Shown: positions 24,201-36,457 of the stretch, one piece after another
Position numbering within the stretch: position 1 is the first letter of the stretch
How the letters are laid out: every line of letters begins with the position of its first letter
Assembly: GCA_000934665.2 (NCBI GenBank)
Contig: JYFJ02003523.1
Span: forward strand, 1 to 40,567
DNA from: Catajapyx aquilonaris
Lineage: Eukaryota
DNA: 40,567 nucleotides
Direction of reading: 5' to 3'
Made by a program: the position numbers and the translations under genes
Notes under the pieces: generated by a model
What the model was told of the DNA's origin: nothing
The model's input: only the letters and a program-made list of their open reading frames with translations
The model's database searches: none

Positions 24201-27200
24201 TAGGGCCGCCATGCTTTCAGGGGTTTTTTGCTGTTGTTCATGGTGATGGCACCCCCCCTAGACCATTGAAGGGGAGAGACCCCATATCCGCCCGCCAGGG
24301 GTCTCACCAACCTTCGGAATTGAAGCCAAGCGAGGTAAAAGGACAGCCGGGCCATGTGGTTATGCTCCCAAAATCCACAGGGGATGCGGACATGGGGAAG
24401 GAGAAAAGCATGCCCAGAGTTTGTCCGGGAGAAAAAGTTGCGGTGGACTAAAATTAGGACTGGGAATAAGGACTGGTTCAAATAATAAGACTTAAAGTGA
24501 ACATTTAAATTCTATGATCTCATGGAATGTATACAGGTAGGGTAATTGCAAACTTTGGGGAGGAAAAGCAATGTTATCATATGGTGAGAAATATTTTGAC
24601 AAGGAATATGTAAAGAGAAGCGTGGGGGTAGAAGCGGTTGGGGATAATTAGCCCTGGGCGGCCCTCATGTTCATTACTGATCGGGTTCGGCAACTAGAGA
24701 GCTTTTTGGCAACATTATTTTGACCTGGATTGCTGTCGTTTTTATTTTTGTACTAGGAAACGGGCTAGCTGCTATTTCAGATCGGTGACGCCAACAACTT
24801 CATAGGAGGAATTTCCATAAGATTGTACTGTACAGTACAGTACATCTTGCGTGTTATGGCCAATACAATGTTACAGATATTCCAAGTGTAATGTTTAATT
24901 ATTGCAATTTTTCTAGGAACAGAAATTCAATTTAACCGATTCACGTTACAGTGAACATATACGTCAAGCCACGTACTTTGTCATGCACAAAATATCAGTT
25001 CATATAGGCTTATATGACTCTTTAGCTAAAGGTGAGGTAATTGGTGCTGCTTTTGAGGATTTTAATGAGAGATGAAGTTTCCTTTGGTCACAGGCTGTTC
25101 ATTTGTGAATAAAGGCATTTATGAGTGTTATGTGTAAGACTATAGTGCTGTCCCGGCAGAGTCATGTGATCAATACATTCGCATATCTGGTGAATCTTGT
25201 AGCAGCAAAAAAATGACTAGATGTACTGTAATTGACTTTTGAGTCTCCATCATGTATTAAAATCTTCCATAGCTATTTTCACTCGACTCTATCCTCAGCG
25301 TGAGCAGGTGCACTACAATCTGCAATAATATTTAATTTCACGCAGCTGCCGCATTATGAATTTGTGGAGACTCCAGCCAATTGTGGTACCCTTGAGTGCA
25401 CAGCGCGGTAAGGTCACCAACAAGCACTCTCTCGAAAATAATTCACACGGTGACACTCGCTTATAAAAGTGTCAGCATGTGAATAGAGCCAAATATAGCC
25501 CTGAGAATAAATGAAGAAAGCAACTCGCCCCCGTATATATTTATTAATAACTATACATTATAAATGTCTCTATTTCTGTGTGCCCCTCACACCCTTGCAG
25601 GTTTTGGTTAGGGCATCCAGATTTATTTAGCTGAAGTCACATTTTCATGAATATCCCAGTATGACGGTGGGAGCAGGCAAGGTGGTCCATCATCCCTCGG
25701 TGCTGGTGCAGCTCTTCCTTGAAGTAAGTAGGATCTGCTGAAGTTGAAGCCGAGCAAGCGCCACTCTGGAGGCATGGCAGTGTGGCCAGCTAGGGCTTCT
25801 CCTCTGCCAACCTAGAACTGCGATCAATACCACCCGATGCCACACACACCAGGGGGTTCGATGACTCTTAGATCCATCCCCAACAAGAATATACACATAG
25901 AAAGAAACTATGCAGAGGTGCATCATGTACTGATAAGGAACTTTGACCTGTCTGCACCTGGCAAGTGCTGGGAAGTAACGAGGTAGGGGCGTGTGTGGAA
26001 ATGACACGTGTGGAACAGGAACACTCCCTGGTGCTCCATTATTCACGCTGGGCATTATCGGCTGCTATTTATTAATGGCTGCAGGTTGCCAGGGTTTTGT
26101 GCAGTCGTCTTTCGCTCGCTGCTGCAGTTCAATTTGGACTGGGGCAGAACTCCACGGACAGGCCCAGGCCAAGCCCAGACATTTTGATCAATGGGGAAAG
26201 CGGGGTGTCAGCCGGGGGATACCACCGGGAATTGCGTTGTAGCCAGAAGAAGAAAATAACCAAGTTTCCTATCCGCAGAAAAATTCTATCATGTATTGTC
26301 TTCCGGATGTGCAGGAAGCTGGCAAAACCTAGCTCTAAATACAGGCCTAAATCTAATCGCACAGTCACAACTCGTAGGACTTGCCCTCCTATATAATAAG
26401 TAAAATATACTAATAAGTCCCCTCATCCTGTAACTAATATAGCCTGAGTTCTTATATTATTTTAGTGTTTGTGAACTTCTTCCTACATGAGGATTGGAAG
26501 ATTACGTTCAGCGGTTCGAAGGTAAGTGATAAGAGATGGTCAACAACAGGCGGTTCATTGAGGGTATCAGTTTGTGTTCGGTTTAGTATTTTAAGGGTCA
26601 CTATGAGCCTGACCCTGTTAGAATGTCTGAGCAAATATCGCTATCGTCGTCATAAAAAGGGTGCGTCTGTGGCAGCAATAAAATTATAGGAGTTGCACCT
26701 GTCTATTTTATAGCTGAAACCTTTGTCGGCATATCTACTAAAATTGTTATTTGAACAAAACCCTCAAAATGATGCATTGATATTTTAATTAGTAAAAATC
26801 GAACAATGTAATTACCGTACAATGTAGATTATAAAGTCACAAACGGGGTAAGTAAGAATCAGTAATTCCTTGAACCCATTTTCGACCACGTTTATGAAAC
26901 TGCGATTAATATTTAGAGCACTACAAATATTTATAACAGACAAAAATACTTCAATGACAGAAACTACTAAATAGTGTATTAGTCACATGGTTGAGCATTA
27001 TGCGAGCACTTCCAGCAAACCACCACTGTCTTCACTGCCCCCAAATGGTGAGCACACTATTTCCTCTCATATGCAAACACCCCACCAGCTCTGGCTGACA
27101 GTCTATTTTAGTACTGTCTGTAATATTTAAAGGAATATACGTTATTCGAAAATTAAACGCCTTTTAAAATATTTGCTTTAATCTCTACAGTTATTAAGCA

Positions 27201-27403
27201 AACCATCGTCGCTTCATGCAAGGCACATTGCACAAGTAACTTACTTATTTATGTGCAATTGGGTAATGTCACGAATTACTATTTTCTCTCTCTCAAAATG
27301 ACCAGTTGGTATCAAGAAAAGGGTCATTGATGGAATTCGCAATATACAATTACGTACAAGCGACCAGATGGTGACTTTCATATATGTATCAATCGTTTAT
27401 TTA

Positions 27404-28109
27404 GATGTCTTTGATCAGATTGTTTCTAATGACAGTAATGAGCATCTGAACGCAGATGAACTTTGAGAACTGATGCGCATAGGCTCTGGGCGACGTCCGT
27501 TGAACTTAGCCTAGAAATATCCCATGTTAAGACTCGTAAAGGATCAAGTTGTCAGCGGTCATTATTGAAAATGAACTAGGCAAAAGTGAGAAGTAAGAAT
27601 CCCATTGCATCCGGTGCACTCTCACAGTACAATCCTGTCATGTTGTCATTAAAAATTACTGTCATTTGCAGAATCGACACTACTAAGTTTATGCACCTTA
27701 AGCCATCAAGAGTGTGTTTCCTGAACAATCAGAGGTGAGCTCAGGATACTGTTTACAGGGTAACATTTCACTTAGCATTTATAAAATCAGATTGTGAAAT
27801 AAATTTACCATTGGTTACATGACAACTACATTCGTATTTCACATCTGCCGTGGCAGCTTCAGGCAGATTTCGATGCTCTTTATCCTCGGTAGTCGGTACT
27901 AACGGAAAATGCATAGTGAGTGGTCCGGATTATATAAGAAGGCTTTGAAAGCTTTTAAAAACCAGGATCCAAAAACAGCAGCACTTAAGGAGAGCATCGA
28001 ATTGCTTTGGAAAGATCAAGTATCGCAAGGTGTATTCTATCAATAGATTTGCGATGCTATAGCACCTCGTCTTGCTTCTAAAAACTGTGTGACATTTTGC
28101 ATATGCTAA
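27404..28109 (+). pseudogene. Possible decayed hAT-type transposase N-terminal fragment
   Basis: Manual translation across stops and frameshifts gives 'LNADEL*ELMRIGSGRRPLNLA*KYP/HVKTRKGSSCQRS' and, from 27927, 'GLYKKALKAFKNQDPKTAALKESIELLWK'. These resemble the G..qP...YP...RsF and G...wKkA...F..H motifs of TTF/ZMYM1-like hAT transposases. Key residues are missing and no catalytic domain is seen. Confidence 0.3.
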
Positions 28110-30483
28110 CCCTGGTGCCAGCTGGTATATAACCCTTACTGAAATGTAAGATCTCTGAAAATATCGCCTTACATATATAGACCATTGCTAATGTGGGCCC
28201 ATCTTTTCGTTACAGACTAATGTACAGTACCGCTCATAAAGAATGGTACATAGCAATAACTTACACTTTATTACTGCCACCCTTCATAAGACTCGTCTGC
28301 TCGACAACTCCAAATAATTGGCATAACTGATTCGGAGTCAGGCAACATATCACATGCATTTCAATAACATCCCTCAGCTCCAGCAACGGTGTAATTCAAC
28401 TAATTCAATTTGAATGGGGAATCATTACCAGAAGAGACGTGGCGCAAAGAAGCGCGTGTTTTGAGCTGCGCAGTCATTTGTAGAGAGGGGTTTAGTTGCG
28501 CAGGCATATTGTGACAAAATAATTAAATCCGGCGACATGTAACGACAGAACAGACTCGTATCCACGTACAAGACAAACCCTGGGCTCAATCTGGAAAGAG
28601 AATCCGCGCTTTTGATTGGTTGGACTGGGTAAAAAGGGCGGAGCCTTTGCTCGCAACTTAACAACCCGTTTAATCCCTGGCCTGATGAAAATAAATGTCA
28701 GTTGCCTACAAAGTTTAGCATCGATTTTAGCATGGTTGCCAGACCGCTTCTATGACAATCAATGGGTACAGTTCGTTGTCCAATTGCATTAAAATGTGTA
28801 CGCATGTTAAGATTCGTGATATGAATATACATCAAGGTGCCGGATCAAAACTGCGGGGGACAAATATCCATCTGGATGTCCCCTAGGCCTACAGCGGTTC
28901 GTAAATAATAAAACCCGGATTTTTCTTTTGCCGACAGTCACCATGGTTACAGAGCTTCAAAAGACCGGATCCACAGACCTAAAGGTGGGTTGGATTGCAT
29001 ATGCCCGGTTCGAGAGAATCGTTTCAGAAAAGCTCGAACAAATAAAAGGGGGGAAAAAGAAGAAGTATATATAAAAAGCAGGTATCAGATGTACGACTGA
29101 CAACGTGAAATGTTTGCAAGAGAGATGTTTTCAATTATGGAAAAAAGCAAAGTGGTTAAATCCAATTTTGTCTGAAATAGTTCATAATGTTGAGCGAGTT
29201 ATTTCTACGTGGAGTGTTGAGTTTTCGATTTTAATACTTGTACAATAGAAATGGTAGCCGTTTTTTGCTACTTTTGCCTCTTTCTATTACGTACTATTTA
29301 TCACATACATAACTGTCATATATGACGTCACAAAAATAATTGTGCGACGTCCGCAGGGTGCCCCCAGGTCCTTTCACAGCTGAACCTTTGCTGGACTCTC
29401 CTGTGAAGTAGGGCACGAAATTCGCACAAGGAACAAAGGACACGTGTAATTACAGCCAAATGCGATTTATTGATCGCATGTTAATCATATAAATGTGGTA
29501 CGCCAACGTATGTTTCTTCGCCTCACTTTGTAACACCCACAACAACACACTGGGTTGATTGTAAATAATCTGGATAGGGGCAAGGTAGAGTCATTGCGGC
29601 GAATTTGTTCCCAGACGGTGTAGATAATGATCGGGGTAATCAAGTCCCAATGATTGCGGACGAACCATTTCTCCTTACGATTCCCTCTAACTTTCCCAGG
29701 CCTACAGCATATGGGGGGGGGGGGGGGNGGGGGGAAACGGAGGTAGATTTGGCAACGTCGACACGCGAAGGCCCAATATTATTGGGAAAGGCCTTGCGGG
29801 GTTATTACTCTTTTTTTTCACACAACAATCGTCACAGGCACAATTTTGCAGGTGATATTGGCACGTACATTGTATAATGATGCTAACAGTAACTGGTCGA
29901 TTTCGTGTGTGAAATTCGATACCTTATGTTGAACTTTACTACCAAATTTCCTTGGAGCACACTTGTAACATCCTGTTCTACTACACAATATGAGTAAATT
30001 AATTAAAATTATGAAGTCAGCGTATAGACCACCGGTTTCGTCCAAATTATTCGGTGTTCACAAAGGTAACCATATATCTTCGTGGTTCACTTCAGAAACA
30101 TGTGCCTCCGACACTTGTATTTCTCAAGCACACTCGATGTGAAGCTACAAGAGCACCTTCACTTGTTGTCAAGATATCCAGCACCTTCTGATTTAGTCTA
30201 CCCCACCGCTTCTGTAGCATTTAAATTTATTTAATCTGGCTTTATTGCAGCAAAATGTTCATTACGTTATTCTCTGCCAACACACACTTATACGCAGCAT
30301 AATGCCCTTAAGAGTCTGAAAATTCCAGATTCTTTCCTCACATTTCCCCTGAATCATGCCATTTACTTGAAGAGTTCTTAACGAAAGCCTGCAACATTTT
30401 TATAGACGCAATGAATTCTGAAGTTTATCAGTTAAGTCCTGAACTGCCAGCTCCCAGTAGCAGTAGAAAAGTCTGGATGGATA

Positions 30484-30900
30484 GCTCCTCCACTCTCTAT
30501 AGCAGAAATGGTCTAGTTCTTGGTCGACAACGGAATGTTGCAGGAAGAACAAGGGAAAGGAGGCAGTGGGTGTTTCCAGGCCTGAGCCTCCAGCATCCAA
30601 TGGGGCAAATGGGCCGTGAATGGATCACAGCGCAGCGTTCTGTGCACTCGGCTGAAAATTAAACGCTCCTGAGGGAAGACTTTGGGGATTGAAGGAGGCC
30701 TGCAGAATGAGAAGGAGCAGCTACTCTCGGGTCCCTTTCAATGCCGCCATCCCACTACTTGGCAACGCGGCCAAATCTTGTGTTTTCCCATGAATGTTGA
30801 TGTATGCAGTGCACCAAATTTCCGGAAGAGGCAGAAATAACACTTATTCAGTCTTGGCGCCCATTCTGCAAACCGGCGGAATGAGAAGAGAGCCACGGTG
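30484..30900 (+). pseudogene. Possible decayed transposon-associated ORF (SWIM/YqaJ-type N-terminus)
   Basis: Coding-like composition with in-frame stops and frameshifts. The fragments 'PPLSIAEMV*FLVDNG', 'EACRMRRSSYS', 'LGNAAKSCV..MLMYAV' and 'ITLIQSWRP' occur in the order expected for such proteins, but the metal ligands are not intact. Confidence 0.2.
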
Positions 30901-31070
30901 CCTGAAACATGTGGAGACGAGGCTCTTCTAGACATTCAACGTCGATTGCTGTCATCAGACAAGATTGGGACTCTTATATCTGCAATAGAATCTTTCCTAT
31001 CGAATTTAGAATTTGAGTTTCTCAACATCCATCCGGTGAGACAGTCGTCTGAACCATTTGTCAAAAAGTT

Positions 31071-31394
31071 CTTCAGTGTACTCATTCTACGACTGTCAGC
31101 ACATACTCCAGGATGAGTACAGTGTTGGACATTAATCGCGTCATACTGCTTGCGACATTTGCTGATGCGGCAGAAGTGCAGTGTGAGCCGTGCGAGTAAG
31201 AAGAGGTAGGCCTTGAGTGACGTCACCGGCTGGAGGGGAATGGAGAAAAGGCTTGTCCCCAGCCAGTGACGTCACCCAAGGGCTACCATTTCTTACTCTC
31301 ACGGCTCGCACTCTATCACTTCAATTTGCACGACTGCCGCATCAGAAAATGTCTCTGGCAGTATGACGGAATTAATGTACAGTGTACACTGAAG
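31071..31394. repeat. Long imperfect inverted repeat (fold-back / palindromic MITE-like)
   Basis: Arms 31129-31233 and 31259-31378 align as reverse complements, with scattered mismatches, one ~15-nt indel and a 25-nt loop. An outer perfect 11-bp pair is CTTCAGTGTAC (31071-31081) / GTACACTGAAG (31384-31394). Each arm has GTGACGTCAC. Confidence 0.85.
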
Positions 31395-32546
31395 GTGCTA
31401 GGTAAGTTGGGATGTTTCTCAACTACAGCAACAATAAAACTTGTTGAGTTTCTGATCTCCGAACTGAACTCTTATACCACGTGGGGTATTGCCATCATAT
31501 CTCCAGAACATTTCTCTGCAACTACAGTCTTCAAAGATTAAATTGAAGAGATTTCCACAATTCCATGGCTTCTAAATGTAGCTGTCATACCTGTAGGCTA
31601 ATACCTTTCTACACCATGTGACGATCCGTCACGCCAACTCTGTTAGCGTGACGTACACGGTACACGACGAGATGACCTCTGCAAGATTATTTCATCCCAC
31701 GCACTACACAATGCACGATTACTATTAAATAATCGCACTATTTTTTGGGGGTTTCATGTTTTAGGTAGTGCAGAATTATAAAAGCTAAAACTTCCCAGCG
31801 AATTCCGGCTTTGTGAGCCATGACCACCCGTGTCATGCAGGCTCTTCCGCAGTATAGAGATAGAGTATACGCCTAATTCCTACTGGGCCTTTTCTAAGTG
31901 GTCGATATTATTGTGGGAAAGCTTAAAGGAGAACACCTCTCACAGCCCACTGGCTTTCATCCTTCAAGACATGAAAGTCGTTGGCTCCAAGATTTCTGGA
32001 ATACTGACAGAATTTCAGTCACCAGGTTTATCATCCCAATTCAGCCAATTGGCACACTTAACGTGGGTGTTTATTTATGCTCCAATAAGAGCTCGTTCTT
32101 GAACCGGTACACAATGGCAGAGAAGTTTATTAAATGTCGGACTGTTACGACAATAGCTCGTAAGTTACACTATCGATTTTTGGAGCTAACGGAGGGGGAA
32201 TCCTACAATATGGGACCTACAGGGCCATCCATTTTCTGTCTATTCACTCATCGCGGTGAGGTTGCATGCACCGTGCGAAAATCGCATTTGAAATGTACCG
32301 GGAATGGAAGTGTCAATTTGCAATTTTTAGACGAAAGAGAATATTTATGTACCCTATCTGCATGACAAATTGCAGGCAATCAAAGCTTCCTCAAATCACA
32401 CCTGAACACACCCTGTAGCTGGGTACAGCCCATAGGCTATAGGAAAAAGTCCAGTGAACTTCTGTACTGTACAGTGTACATTTCTCTGAACGTTTATGCG
32501 TCTCATTCGTTGTATTTTCAATAATTTCATGTTTAAAATATGTTAA

Positions 32547-33054
32547 GGGGGCGCATTAGCAAAAAAATACGGTAACAATCGGTAACAATGCGAGCCCTTG
32601 GCGACTACGTAAACAAACTCGCGTTTGCATGGACAGCATGTGGGGATTCGACATGTCCACGCTCCGGCGGCCTTACGGCCACAAAAATGGAGCAATGGAC
32701 ACAAAAATTACACCAAAAAATAGGACATGATCTGGCCCAGGGCACCTTCGGCGTCATTTTCCCATTTTCGGCCTAGAAGTGACCTTTTCATCGAGTTGAA
32801 GTGAAAGGAAAATGGCGTTCCCGAAAAGCCCATTTGAATAACATGGCGGCAGGAACGCGACAAATTCGGGAACGCATCGGCGCCCGTATGTCCACAATTT
32901 TAATGCAATCATATCGAGTATGGTCCCATAGTAAAGGCCAAACCTTTCCGCAGGGCACCTTCGGCGTGATTTTTCCGATTAACCGTCCGTTTCGCCACAC
33001 CAAAATAAAATTCCCTAAAAAATGCGCCTACCGTATTTTTACTACTGCGCCCCC
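32547..33054. mobile_element. Non-autonomous TIR element (508 bp) with TTAA target duplication, Kolobok-type
   Basis: TTAA at 32543-32546 and 33055-33058. The left end GGGGGCGCATTAGCAAAAAAATACGGTA matches the reverse complement of the right end, GGGGGCGCAGTAGTAAAAATACGGTA. RR...YY termini with TTAA fit Kolobok rather than piggyBac (CCY...RGG). Internal 17-bp direct repeat CAGGGCACCTTCGGCGT at 32738 and 32951. Confidence 0.8.
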
Positions 33055-33058
33055 TTAA

Positions 33059-33326
33059 CTAGAAAAACCCTCGCTTCGCTTGCATTTTTCTAGGGCGCAG
33101 GCGTAGAAAACTGCGATGCGAGTGGATGGGGGACAGGATGCGTGGGTGGTCGAGGTGTTACGGTAGGGGGATGTGCACTCACCGACCTCCAGCAAACGAC
33201 TGGAGAAGTTCCTCCGCCCATTGCGCATGTGTAGAACGCCGGCCAATAGGAAGCGTCGATGTAACAATATTCGGCGGACCAATCAGAGGACTCGGTCATA
33301 TTCCGAATGATTTTTAATATTATAGA
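33059..33326 (-). mobile_element. Non-autonomous Helitron (268 bp)
   Basis: On the - strand it reads A|TCTATAATATTAAAAATC...GCAAGCGAAGCGAGGGTTTTTCTAG|T. This gives a 5'-TC, a 3'-CTAG, insertion between A and T, no TSD and a GC-rich subterminal motif. Confidence 0.7.
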
Positions 33327-33378
33327 TGTATAGCCATGTTATTTAGGTCAATTGTCTCACAATTGTAGTCTATCAATA

Positions 33379-33458
33379 GGTGGAATTTTCGTCCCACTGC
33401 TAGTTACAGTGTTGGCAATATTGTACTGCTAAGTTATCAGTGGGACGAAAATTCCACC
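33379..33458. mobile_element. 80-bp miniature TIR element with perfect 21-bp TIRs and a 5-bp flanking duplication
   Basis: GGTGGAATTTTCGTCCCACTG (33379-33399) and its exact reverse complement (33438-33458). CAATA directly flanks both ends (33374-33378 and 33459-33463). Confidence 0.75.
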
Positions 33459-35039
33459 CAATATCTGTAAAGTTTTGACATTTTGCAGTAGATCCGGATT
33501 TTCACTGCTCCGTTCCCTATCTTTTTGGTAGCGACTACACGTCAAAACACCAACGAGTACCTCGCATCAACTGCACTTACACCGATGTTGCTTCCTCCCC
33601 TGAAATGGTGTTTGTCCCCTTTCATTAACATGAACTGTTAACAAAGACAGGCGACATTCGGATGGCTCCAAATGAAAACCTTTCTGCCCCCTGTCTAATG
33701 GTGTAATTTTGAATTCCTTCAGCCCCCCTGACATACACCAAACCCCCTGGAATGACACCGAATGAAATTTTCATGCGCATGACCTGGATCCTCCTAACTA
33801 CAAATTCAATAAAATATCCCTCGCAACTTTATATATTTCTAGCAAGTATTGGCAATCGCCCCCGTTTCCGACACATCACTTTCGATTACCCTATGCCCTG
33901 AGGGTATCCTTTACAACCCCGATGCATGGAATCACTAATTCCCGTGGCGGGAAAACCTGTAGGGGGCAGCAGAGTGTCGGGAAAGGCCGCGAGAGGGGCT
34001 CAAGTGCAGAGTCCCTCAGCCCAAGAGTTTCGCATCGAAGGACCCGGTTCAACCTGAGTTCAACGACCAAAAGCCCTGGGCTTGGAAATACGAGAAGAAT
34101 AACGGGGGATCCAATGGGGGAGGGGTGGAGGGGTCCCCCGTGGGCTCAGGCATGTAGAAACAATGTATGCATTAGTTGCTGGCGGAGATTAAGTTAATGA
34201 CGTCCGAGATGCGAGGGGGTTTTAAGTAGCACAACTAATGTGCTGCTACATTTTTTTCCCTCCTTATGAGATACCCTAGATGGCTGTTTCTCCAGGGAAT
34301 ATGTTATAGGCATGTGTAATAATAAATCAACTAAAAGTCATAATATTGTGGGGGGAGCTCTAATTAGGCCTATAACGTTGATGGCTGGACGTGTTATTTC
34401 CAATGTGGTCGTGATTGTCACTGCAAATGCGGATGAATTATTCAGTAATCTGGCTAATAGTATTCGCAATGACAAAATGCTTGGCGCGTAGGTATCTTGT
34501 CGAAGGTCGAAATAAATAATCGAAAGATAAGAACATTGGATGCACACCAAGGAAATCAAGTGCGTACACTGGTATAAGGCGTACAGACACATACCTAAAT
34601 ACCAGTGATATTTCATGGCTGTGTGAATAAACACGTTTTAAATGGCTATAACGCCGTCCTGTTCTGTAAAAAAAAAAGTAGAACTGAACCTGGTTTTACA
34701 CCTGGTGTCTGAAGCACGTATGTGTAAATAAGTATAGGTCGACATTCTGGGTCTCCTTTCTGGAAGAACCGGTTGCAAGCCAATGCACTTCAGTGAAGGT
34801 GCTGGCACTGCACATACAAAAACAAGCCTATGATAAACAATATTTTGCATTCCGGTTACAGCAACATGCTTGAATTATGTACTAACTTACGCAAATTACA
34901 CATCGGGTATGGCATGAACTACAACAGACTTCAACAATAAATGACATCGTTATATGTCATTTGGTACAGTGGCATAAGTTCCGCATGGCACCGCACCAAA
35001 GCGCACAGAAAGTTACTGATCCCCCCGTACAGAGGTCGC

Positions 35040-35190
35040 CCTTGCACAGCCGACATCCCCACGCGAGACCGCGCGGCAACTCCGCCCGCCCCGTCCAATC
35101 AGGCAGTCGGCCAGCAGGCGTCTCCGTGCGCGCACCCGCACTCTGTCCGCCGCCTTCTCTCCGTCTCTCTCATATCTTCAAGCAAACCGG
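35040..35190 (+). promoter_or_regulatory. CpG-rich promoter / 5' region of the MADF-BESS gene
   Basis: Overlapping GC boxes CCGCCCGCCCC at 35082-35092 and CCAAT at 35095-35099, with high CpG content immediately upstream of the first ATG. Confidence 0.6.
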
Positions 35191-35371
35191 ATGGTGTCCA
35201 GATCGCAGCGACGTAATATGGACTGGGGCAACGTGATGGAGCAGGACGGGGTCCTCATTGAGGAGGTCAAGAGTCTGCCCGTCCTCTATGACACCAGGAG
35301 GTCAGACTATCGGTTGACCAGAGCCAGGGACGAGGCCTGGCACACTGTGGCCAGACAGGTCGGAAGACCAG
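35191..35371 (+). CDS. MADF-BESS domain transcription factor, coding exon 1 (N-terminal half of MADF)
   Basis: 'LIEEVKSLPVLYDTRRSDYRLTRARDEAWHTVARQVG' matches the MADF pattern LI..V...p.Lyd.....Y......e.W..va. Donor CAG|GTAAGA at 35372, phase 1. The start could be the ATG at 35191, 35218 or 35236. Confidence 0.9.
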
Positions 35372-35926
35372 GTAAGACCATGCGGCACACAAATAAAAAA
35401 ATTGGGCATCTCCTTGGCGCCATGCGACCGTTATCTATCAGGACATGACTATCCGCAAAGGGGGGAATTCCTCTCGGCCAGACAGCCTTGGGGCGACAGG
35501 CTGCCAGCTGCAGTCCGCTGCGTACTACCCCTGCATTGTCTTCTTCCCGCCCGCCCCCAAAAAGGGCCATTAGCATACAGAGGGGGACCACTGCTGTCCG
35601 GAAGGTACAGATGAACTCTGAACTTTTGGCCAGAGTACAGGCCTTGATATTGAGTGGTGCACTCGGCAGTTTCGGTAGCGGCCTTTTTTTTAAAAAAAAA
35701 AGGATGCGAAAACTGGAGGGATGAGAGATATGCAATATGCATATGATCTGCCAACAAAGGCAGGCCTTAGTCGCATAACACTGAGTAAAAGGTCATTTGT
35801 TATTATGCTACCTTTTGCTGCGTATTAATATGTAACTGTGTCATACTCTCCGGGCACACCGTATAAAAATTGCACAGACTGTTATGTTAGCAAATTTTAG
35901 GTGAGGGGATAAAGCATTTAATTTAA

Positions 35927-36120
35927 CCCAATAATTGCACCCAATAATATATATATATTATATAATAATAATAATAAATAAATAAATAATAAAATAAATA
36001 ATATAATATAAATAATAACAATAAATAAATAATATAATATATAATATAATAAATAATAATAATATATAATATAATAATAATAAACAAATATATAATAATA
36101 ATTGCACCCAATAATTGCAC
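35927..36120. repeat. AT-only low-complexity tract in intron 1, bracketed by direct repeats
   Basis: About 150 nt of almost pure A/T (AAT/AT units). AATAATTGCACCCAATAAT occurs at 35930-35948 and 36097-36115. Confidence 0.9.
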
Positions 36121-36457
36121 CAGCGCAAGATTGCAGGTTTGCCCTTACCATCATTGTTGCTGACAAGGGCAAGCCTGAACATGAATCTTGCACTGGTGAA
36201 ACTGGCCCTAAATATAGCGGTTAGATTAAATAAACTAGCCTTTCTCCCATTAGGAGATAAATTTGTCCCTGCAAATTGTTGATAATTTAATTTACATTAA
36301 TGAAGAGGTAATTTCAGTCGAACTCATTGCGCTTACCCAAATTGAGTACAGGATGGTTCATATTTTATCAAAATTCAACATAGGCCTAAGAAGTTAATAT
36401 GAAATAATTTAAGTAACATAATTATTATAATACAGGCAAATATATCTTCCATTGCAG

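Noticed and set aside
25775..25797. TGGCAGTGTGGCCAGCTAGGGCT resembles miR-34
   Set aside because: The 3' half diverges and no complementary star arm forms a pre-miRNA hairpin.
31898..32365. 155-aa ORF, the longest in the track
   Set aside because: Non-ATG start, no recognisable motif, and it lies among TE remnants.
35918..36193. Tyr/Ile/Leu-rich - strand ORFs resembling membrane proteins
   Set aside because: They are translations of the AT-only intronic tract.
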